Part shown: one piece after another, positions 14,752 to 20,336 of the stretch | Numbering within the stretch: position 1 is the first letter of the stretch | Layout: every line of letters starts with the position of its first letter | IMG/VR virus record: IMGVR_UViG_2617271085_000008 | Coordinates: 1 to 20,336 of that record | Strand: one strand, 5' to 3' | DNA: 20,336 nt | Source: a virus | Taxonomy: Duplodnaviria > Heunggongvirae > Uroviricota > Caudoviricetes | Program-made: the position numbers and the translations under genes | The notes under the pieces: model-generated | What the model saw: only the letters and a program-made list of their open reading frames with translations | Databases searched by the model: none | Told to the model about the DNA's origin: nothing

Positions 14752-15255
14752 ATGATCAATAAAGCTACAACTCTTGACTGTCTCGAAGAACTGAAAAACC
14801 TCGGCAGCCTCATTACACTAATAGCAAAAGCAACACCTGATGCTACGCTCTCTAGCGATATAGAGTCATGCGCAGGACTGGCATGGGATATGACAAATAG
14901 CATATCCAGAAAGCTATCGTCAGCAATGCTTTTACAGAACAAAAATTCTGCAATCAACAACCGTCTTCGCACCCAACGCGAAGCCTGCGGCTTAACAACC
15001 GCCGAACTCGCCAGGCTGCTCGATCTCGATGAAGAAATTATCATCCAGTGGGAGAGCGGAGAGTATGAACCAACTATCAGTATGCTTATCCCACTGGCAA
15101 ATATTCTTGGCTGCGATCCGATGTGGCTGTTAACTGGTGAGGTTACTCCTCCGGAGCAACCAAAAAGTGAGGAGCAGCAACACCATGACGCATCTCAACA
15201 AGTTTGCCCCTTATCTCGCGAAGCTCTTCTACGGAAGAACCAATACCAATGGTGA
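14752..15255 (+). CDS. HTH_XRE-domain protein (167 aa), first gene of the early-left operon
   Basis: Central HTH LRTQREACGLTTAELARLLDLDEEIIIQWESGEYEPTISMLIPLANILG; Shine-Dalgarno GAGG 8 nt upstream; tail overlaps a competing minus-strand ORF (15143..15403). Confidence 0.6.
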   Translation: MINKATTLDCLEELKNLGSLITLIAKATPDATLSSDIESCAGLAWDMTNSISRKLSSAMLLQNKNSAINNRLRTQREACGLTTAELARLLDLDEEIIIQWESGEYEPTISMLIPLANILGCDPMWLLTGEVTPPEQPKSEEQQHHDASQQVCPLSREALLRKNQYQW

Positions 15256-15383
15256 CATAATCGCCGCTTCGCCCCTCAAGGTACATGCGAACATTTTTAT
15301 CAATCATTGCGGAAACAGTCTCAATATGAAAACACTTCTGAGACTCGCTATATAGCAGAACATATAAGTCAGCTGAGGAAACC

Positions 15384-15749
15384 ATGAAAAAGTTCGAAAA
15401 CATAACTGTTCTCCATGTTGATGACTTTGATTATACAAACCCGGAACTTCTCCCGGAGGTTGTAAAGGCAATAGATGTTGCCGATATAGTGATTAGAGAA
15501 AAGAGAATTGTCAAAAACAGGCTCGTATGCACTTCAGGAGCAATGACAGAAACAACCTCACAGCAAGATAATTACGAAGGCATTTGTCTGGAGCCTGATT
15601 CATTTGCGGTAAATGTTTATCATTTATTGCATGCAACACAGGTATTACATATGTCCAGTAATCACGAAACGAAAACACTCGGCAGCGAAATTCTGAGTTT
15701 TGCATGTGAGTATACAAAAACTGCTGCCGAAAAAGAATTAGCGCAATAA
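15384..15749 (+). CDS. Hypothetical protein (121 aa), AT-rich
   Basis: ORF with GAGGAA Shine-Dalgarno; no recognisable motifs. Confidence 0.5.
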   Translation: MKKFENITVLHVDDFDYTNPELLPEVVKAIDVADIVIREKRIVKNRLVCTSGAMTETTSQQDNYEGICLEPDSFAVNVYHLLHATQVLHMSSNHETKTLGSEILSFACEYTKTAAEKELAQ

Positions 15750-15943
15750 CAATAAATATGCCCTGAACGTTTATTGCGGTTTTATCGCCGGGGATTGTTA
15801 CAACCTTAAACCACAGGAGGCTTTATTGTGACTTTTATAAAGAATATGGCATCACACAAGACCGCCTGCCTTATTGCACAATACGGTGAAAATTACATGC
15901 ATATTGCCTGCTTATTTCTGCGTAAAGCATACGGGAGATAATA

Positions 15944-16126
15944 ATGCATCAGAAAACAGCAGAACACGAACAAACCAGAATATTGCTGACCATCAAAAAC
16001 GGGAAAGTAATATTCATTCGCCATGTTCATGACGATGAACTTGTAGGAACTCTTTCAACATTCCTGTTTATTGCAGAAAAGGCAGGATATGACGTTATTG
16101 CACCAGCAGATGAAGATGAGGAATAA
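15944..16126 (+). CDS. Hypothetical small acidic protein (60 aa)
   Basis: ORF ending 5 nt before the next gene; no recognisable motifs. Confidence 0.4.
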   Translation: MHQKTAEHEQTRILLTIKNGKVIFIRHVHDDELVGTLSTFLFIAEKAGYDVIAPADEDEE

Positions 16127-16131
16127 ATATC

Positions 16132-16713
16132 ATGCAATACGATGAATTCCAGGCTGAAGCAACAGCCAATGGTATACGAACTGGCAGTATGACGATTGAT
16201 TATCACGACGCCATACGTCGTCTGGATGCCGGAGAATTCGATACTCCTAATGTGCGAGGTTTACGTATCCTTCAGTGTCTGGCGCAAGCCGACGAAGCAG
16301 GATTACTGGGTAAACTTCCGGTTGAGATGAAGGTTGCTCAGTGGCGATGGTTGTATGTGACGACATTCATCAACGAAGAAGAAGACAAGAACGGCACAAT
16401 TGATATCCTGAATGAACACGGAACAACTGAACACGCCGTGGTATATAACGGGATGTATGGGTTTATGACGATATATCCCGGCCCCATTCGATTTGCCTTA
16501 CAACAGTATATTGAATGGAATTTAATTCAAAAATACGGCGAAACTGAAGGAATGGGAAGAGCGCTGTTTCTTTATCAGAAAATGCTCACTACTTCCCCTG
16601 ATAAAGGTTTCATTCTTTCAGATATGGGTCGAGAAGGGCTTGAAATCCTTCTGGATGAAATTATTAACGAAATGAATACTCATGGCATGCAATCCGAAAC
16701 AGATATTAAGTAA
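16132..16713 (+). CDS. Hypothetical protein (193 aa)
   Basis: ORF in operon orientation; no recognisable motifs. Confidence 0.55.
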   Translation: MQYDEFQAEATANGIRTGSMTIDYHDAIRRLDAGEFDTPNVRGLRILQCLAQADEAGLLGKLPVEMKVAQWRWLYVTTFINEEEDKNGTIDILNEHGTTEHAVVYNGMYGFMTIYPGPIRFALQQYIEWNLIQKYGETEGMGRALFLYQKMLTTSPDKGFILSDMGREGLEILLDEIINEMNTHGMQSETDIK

Positions 16714-16723
16714 AAGGGACCAC

Positions 16724-16876
16724 ATGACCGTTATCGAGTATATCCAGGAAAATCCAGATTGCAGTAGAGAAGATATATCCCTCGCACTTGGAAGAAGCGC
16801 AACTTCTATCAGTAATGAATTATCACGGTTATTGTGGAATGGGTTAATAGTACGAACTGGAGAAAAAACAAAATGA
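16724..16876 (+). CDS. Small hypothetical protein (50 aa), possible winged-helix DNA-binding protein
   Basis: Internal ATG at 16724 with AAGGGA Shine-Dalgarno, downstream of previous stop; product MTVIEYIQENPDCSREDISLALGRSATSISNELSRLLWNGLIV. Confidence 0.4.
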   Translation: MTVIEYIQENPDCSREDISLALGRSATSISNELSRLLWNGLIVRTGEKTK

Positions 16877-16960
16877 TTCTGTACTGCGTAAACAATCTGC
16901 CGTTTGGATACAGCAATCCCCTAAGTGTTATGTTCAACCAGTTACTTAAACAGGTAAGAA

Positions 16961-17278
16961 ATGGCAACTGACTCACAACTAACCATAGAAACGGCCCTGA
17001 ATGTCGGCCTGGCGCTCCTTGGTTATTTTTACATCGTGTTCTGCAGCGGACGGTGGCTGTCGCTGTTGTTCCTGAAAAAATGGAATAAACGCCGTAAGCA
17101 GGATGAACGCCAGAAGGCAATGAATGCGTTTTCCGAAGCCTTCGGAATTGACGGCATGGAACCAGGGGATCCAGCTCGCGCAATCAGCAGAGGGGGTGTA
17201 GTAATCCTTGTATATCGGAGTGAAGAGAAAAATGACGATCACAAAACAACGAGTAGAAAAAATCATATATCGCCATGA
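16961..17278 (+). CDS. Hypothetical small membrane protein (105 aa)
   Basis: N-terminal hydrophobic helix LNVGLALLGYFYIVFCSGRWLSLLFL followed by a basic stretch; competing antisense ORFs exist. Confidence 0.35.
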   Translation: MATDSQLTIETALNVGLALLGYFYIVFCSGRWLSLLFLKKWNKRRKQDERQKAMNAFSEAFGIDGMEPGDPARAISRGGVVILVYRSEEKNDDHKTTSRKNHISP

Positions 17279-17546
17279 AATGGGACTGAACAGCGATGTC
17301 ACTGCCGAAGAGGTTTATGACCTGGCTGTACTGGCGCTGAATTTATCAAATATCGCAAACCTGAAGCGATACGAGCTTGATATGGATGGTTGCGACTCGT
17401 GCGGTCAGGATTGTGGCGCAGATATGACTGAAAATCCTGATGGTGATTATGTCCTGTTTGATGACGTGGTTAAGTTGTTTGAATTTGATACAACCACTCA
17501 AAAGTTAGAAATCCCGGCAAAGGAGGCTGCCAGTGAGCAAGATTGA
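17232..17546 (+). CDS. Hypothetical protein (~104 aa)
   Basis: ATG at 17232 preferred over the TTG at 17208; overlaps the previous ORF; acidic product. Confidence 0.4.
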   Translation: MTITKQRVEKIIYRHEMGLNSDVTAEEVYDLAVLALNLSNIANLKRYELDMDGCDSCGQDCGADMTENPDGDYVLFDDVVKLFEFDTTTQKLEIPAKEAASEQD

Positions 17547-18219
17547 CTATCAGGCACTGCGCGAGGCGGCGGAACAGGCAACGCAAGATGAATGGGTAGC
17601 ATATATTTTGCCGGGTCATAACGGCATTTATCCTGCGCGCACGTCTGAGGGTAGGCATTGCGGATACTTTATTGACTGGCCTGGCGTCTGTCAGGGGCGG
17701 GAGAGCATCAACATGAGCATCAGAACCTACGCAGTGAATTGCAATGACGCATGGCTAAACACCGAAGGTGATGACATCTCCGGCTCATACGTTAAGTACA
17801 AAGACCATCAGGAAGTGGTTGCCGCTCTTGAGGCCAAGTGCGCGGCGCTGGCAGCGGAGAATGCGGGAATAAAGTCTGCAATTCCAGAATCACGGGATAT
17901 TGAAGATGACAATGACAATATGGATGACGTATCTCTCGCGGAAGACTTCGGGTTCAATCATGCAATAGAACGGATGAGGAGACAGATACCTGAAACGCCA
18001 ACCACTGATGCTTTCCTGGCTGAAGTCCGAGCGCAGGGGGTGGATGCTGCTATAGAAGCTGCAAAAAATCTGGTGGCCCAAGAATATGAGTATAAGGATT
18101 TCAAAGCGGCGCAGAGTGATTGCTGTATGTACCCTGGTTCAGACCTGGTAGGGAAGGTTGAAATGACTGAGTGGTTAGTTGACTTTGCTGCCCAGCTTCG
18201 CAAAGGAGGCAACCAGTGA
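17533..18219 (+). CDS. Hypothetical early-left protein (possibly Ea22-like), paralogous N-terminus to the next gene
   Basis: GTG start with AGGAGG Shine-Dalgarno; N-terminus SKIDYQALREAAEQA parallels SEINYQALREVAERA of the downstream gene. Confidence 0.55.
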   Translation: MSKIDYQALREAAEQATQDEWVAYILPGHNGIYPARTSEGRHCGYFIDWPGVCQGRESINMSIRTYAVNCNDAWLNTEGDDISGSYVKYKDHQEVVAALEAKCAALAAENAGIKSAIPESRDIEDDNDNMDDVSLAEDFGFNHAIERMRRQIPETPTTDAFLAEVRAQGVDAAIEAAKNLVAQEYEYKDFKAAQSDCCMYPGSDLVGKVEMTEWLVDFAAQLRKGGNQ

Positions 18220-18701
18220 GCGAAATTAATTACCAGGCACTGCGTGAGGTGGCGGAACGTGCAATTCCAGCAATGGAACGCCTGTTAATGTTGCCAGCTG
18301 ATGATGACTTGTTAAGTGAACAGGAACTTAAAGATTACGGTGTGGATATTGATGCGCTCAACGCCTTCAAATTTCTGACCGGACCAGAAACCGTGCTGGC
18401 ACTGCTGGATGAACGGGAAAGAAACCTGCAATACATCAAAAGCCGCGATCAGGAGAACGAGGATATTGCGCTAACGGTAGGGAAGCTGCGCGTTGAGCTT
18501 GAAGCAGAAAAACAGCGGGCAAAAGTTCTATTTATAGAAAATGCTCGGCTTAAGTCAGGCATAGCCGGTCTGATACACCTCGGTATTCGATATGCAGATG
18601 TTGAGGTCATGAAAATTGCTGGAGATGCCCAGCTTTCTACCCCATGCACTGACAGCATCATAAACAGCATTGCAACAGGCATTCGCATCAAAGGAGAGTG
18701 A
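18216..18701 (+). CDS. Hypothetical early-left protein (possibly Ea22-like)
   Basis: GTG start with AAGGAGG Shine-Dalgarno, 4-bp overlap with upstream gene; coiled-coil-like central region. Confidence 0.55.
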   Translation: MSEINYQALREVAERAIPAMERLLMLPADDDLLSEQELKDYGVDIDALNAFKFLTGPETVLALLDERERNLQYIKSRDQENEDIALTVGKLRVELEAEKQRAKVLFIENARLKSGIAGLIHLGIRYADVEVMKIAGDAQLSTPCTDSIINSIATGIRIKGE

Positions 18702-18702
18702 T

Positions 18703-19218
18703 ATGGCGTTAACACACCACGAACTCTGTCAGATTGCGTACAAGTTCCTTAAGCGCAACGGGTTCAAGGTTTGCTTTCATGACCGCTTTGTTGCTGTAAC
18801 CAGTACCGGAGAACAGCCAGATGCTATGGGATTCAGAAATTCAGCATCATGCCTGATAGAGGCGAAGTGTTCTCGTGCTGACTTGTTGGCAGATAGAAAA
18901 AAGCGTTTCCGTAAAAATCCCTCACTTGGCATGGGCGACTGGCGATTCTTTATTAGTGAGCCGGAAATTATTTCAGTTGAGGATTTACCTCCCGGCTGGG
19001 GATTACTTCACGTTGTTAACGGAAGAGTACGGAAAGTACATGGATGGCCCAGGGGTAATTGCTGTTGGGGTAATCCTGACGATAAGCCATTTACTGGGAA
19101 TAAGCAGGTTGAATGCGATTACATGTTATCTGCATTAAGGCGCATGGAGTTGAGAGGGCACCTTAATGAAATATATGACGGTGTGATTGTTAATAAGAAA
19201 GAAGGAAACGCGGCATGA
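18703..19218 (+). CDS. Putative PD-(D/E)xK-type nuclease-like protein (171 aa)
   Basis: ATG at 18703 with AAAGGAGAG Shine-Dalgarno; segment GEQPDAMGF...CLIEAKCS fits a PD...ExK arrangement; motif-level only. Confidence 0.5.
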   Translation: MALTHHELCQIAYKFLKRNGFKVCFHDRFVAVTSTGEQPDAMGFRNSASCLIEAKCSRADLLADRKKRFRKNPSLGMGDWRFFISEPEIISVEDLPPGWGLLHVVNGRVRKVHGWPRGNCCWGNPDDKPFTGNKQVECDYMLSALRRMELRGHLNEIYDGVIVNKKEGNAA

Positions 19219-19622
19219 TCACTATTACCAAAGGGCGACTGCTGACAATCAAGCAGTGGCGCGAAACATACGGACCGGGTAGCAACGTTGTACTGCCAGC
19301 AGAAGAAGCGGAAGAACTGGCACGAATTGCACTGGTATCGCTGGAAGCAGAGCCGGTGGCAAAGATTATAGCTCATTACCCATTAGGAGTTGACGTAGGC
19401 AAACAAAAGTTCGTACAGGCCATTGGAGAGCTTCCTGACTTTGGCGGATATCTATTTGCCGCCCCGCCAGCGCCGGTAGTGCCGGAAGAAGCAACTCCGG
19501 AAAACGTAGAAATGCTCTCTGGCTATGTTTCCACGTACAAATTAACCGATAGCGAGCGCGATATTGCTGCCGAAATATGGAACGCCTGCCGCGCCGCTAT
19601 GCTTCATGGGAAAGGAGAGTGA
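19215..19622 (+). CDS. Hypothetical protein carrying the [14 protein letters not shown] module
   Basis: ATGA overlap with upstream gene; shares a 31-bp DNA segment with two downstream genes. Confidence 0.55.
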   Translation: MITITKGRLLTIKQWRETYGPGSNVVLPAEEAEELARIALVSLEAEPVAKIIAHYPLGVDVGKQKFVQAIGELPDFGGYLFAAPPAPVVPEEATPENVEMLSGYVSTYKLTDSERDIAAEIWNACRAAMLHGKGE

Positions 19623-19623
19623 T

Positions 19624-19887
19624 ATGGCAACTTTAACAAAAAAAGAACGGGCATGGTTGAACGAATTACAGGACGTTCTTGATCGCTGCCCATCACCGAA
19701 AAAAATTGGTTTTTACACCATTGGCGATAAAAGCATTTACCTGTATGACCTGCGCCGCATGGATGAAATCATGGAGGCTCTTGATAATCGTTCGTCAATG
19801 GATTGGTGTGTTGCTGTCCATGATATGAATGCAGGGTTTGATGAAAAGATTTTGTTCCCCTCATCAGTTGAAAGCACTGCGGGTTAA
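19624..19887 (+). CDS. Hypothetical protein (87 aa)
   Basis: ATG at 19624 preceded by the same AAAGGAGAGTGATATGGC junction found at 18688-18705. Confidence 0.5.
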   Translation: MATLTKKERAWLNELQDVLDRCPSPKKIGFYTIGDKSIYLYDLRRMDEIMEALDNRSSMDWCVAVHDMNAGFDEKILFPSSVESTAG

Positions 19888-19897
19888 GGAGTAACAC

Positions 19898-20065
19898 ATG
19901 ACCACTATTACCAAAGAACGTATTGAATTGTTCATTAAAAATCCGCTTGAAAACGGGCTTACCCGTGGTGAACAAATGGAACTGGCACGGATTGCGCTGG
20001 TATCGCTGGAAGCAGAGCCGGTTGTGTTCTGGTTTGAAAAATATCAAGAAGGGGCTACGGCATGA
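19898..20065 (+). CDS. Small paralog (55 aa) with the [14 protein letters not shown] module
   Basis: AAGGAG Shine-Dalgarno; not in the supplied ORF track (below 60 aa); stop overlaps next ATG (ATGA). Confidence 0.45.
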   Translation: MTTITKERIELFIKNPLENGLTRGEQMELARIALVSLEAEPVVFWFEKYQEGATA

Positions 20066-20336
20066 CGACTTTTACCAGAGAGCAGTTAATAGCTCACGCA
20101 GAGGAGACTATTGAAGCACAGAGACTGTGCATACCGGGCACAATCGACCATGACATCATCCGCACATATAAGATGGATATTGCTGTTCTGGAAATCGCAC
20201 TGGTATCGCTGGCAGCAGAGCCAGCCGGTAAATTGCATGAATACAAACCAGTGGGATATCAGCGTCTGGTCGATGAGTTAACCATGCTGGTAAAGCAGTT
20301 AACCTGGCAACTGAGGAAAGCGAAGCCAGACTGCAA
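20062..20336 (+). CDS. Partial paralog (5' portion; runs off window end) with an [10 protein letters not shown] module
   Basis: ATG at 20062; open to the window end; third copy of the shared DNA segment at 20194-20222. Confidence 0.45.
   Translation, partial: MTTFTREQLIAHAEETIEAQRLCIPGTIDHDIIRTYKMDIAVLEIALVSLAAEPAGKLHEYKPVGYQRLVDELTMLVKQLTWQLRKAKPDC

Noticed and set aside
16809-18212. Minus-strand ORFs in the early-left region (16809..17183, 16979..17302, 17470..17658, 17890..18081, 17958..18212)
   Set aside because: Antisense to a consistently plus-strand, translationally coupled operon; no start signals
1-20336. Integrase, excisionase or attachment site; IS elements or transposase
   Set aside because: No tyrosine/serine recombinase or transposase motifs seen in any ORF; prophage ends are probably outside the window

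Overview
This window reads as part of a lambdoid prophage in an enterobacterial (E. coli-like) genome; all calls are from motifs and gene order by eye, with no database search run. Layout: (i) 1-1320, AT-rich DNA followed by three tandem paralogous ~210-250 bp structured units, each ending in a minus-strand intrinsic terminator; (ii) 1466-1682, a minus-strand tRNA cluster (tRNA CAU Ile2/Met-type, tRNA-Arg UCG, and a truncated tRNA-Arg UCU-like copy), reminiscent of the ileZ-argN-argO arrays of Stx-type phages, but no toxin genes are present; (iii) 1732-6241, a cargo island with a beta-class DPPY amino-methyltransferase, a small divergent gene, a translationally coupled AT-rich pair (DUF262/ParB-like protein plus an Rx4H HEPN-motif protein) and a convergent, 3'-overlapping C5-cytosine methyltransferase; (iv) 6305-13879, the minus-strand early-right operon: Cro-position ORF, two Rha-like regulators, three small ORFs, O-like initiator with internal iterons, DnaC-like loader, DnaB-like helicase, 85-aa ORF, Cys/His-rich protein, Q-like antiterminator; (v) 13991-14647, a CI-like HTH-S24 repressor flanked by repeated GTATCA operator-like motifs; (vi) 14752-20336, the plus-strand early-left operon of mostly small unknown genes, including paralog families with shared modules. 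The most interesting candidate is the DUF262 + HEPN pair with its overlapping C5-methyltransferase, which I could not match to a named defence system; it looks like a possible effector-swapped GmrSD-like or RM-like module sitting in the Q-tRNA moron hotspot.
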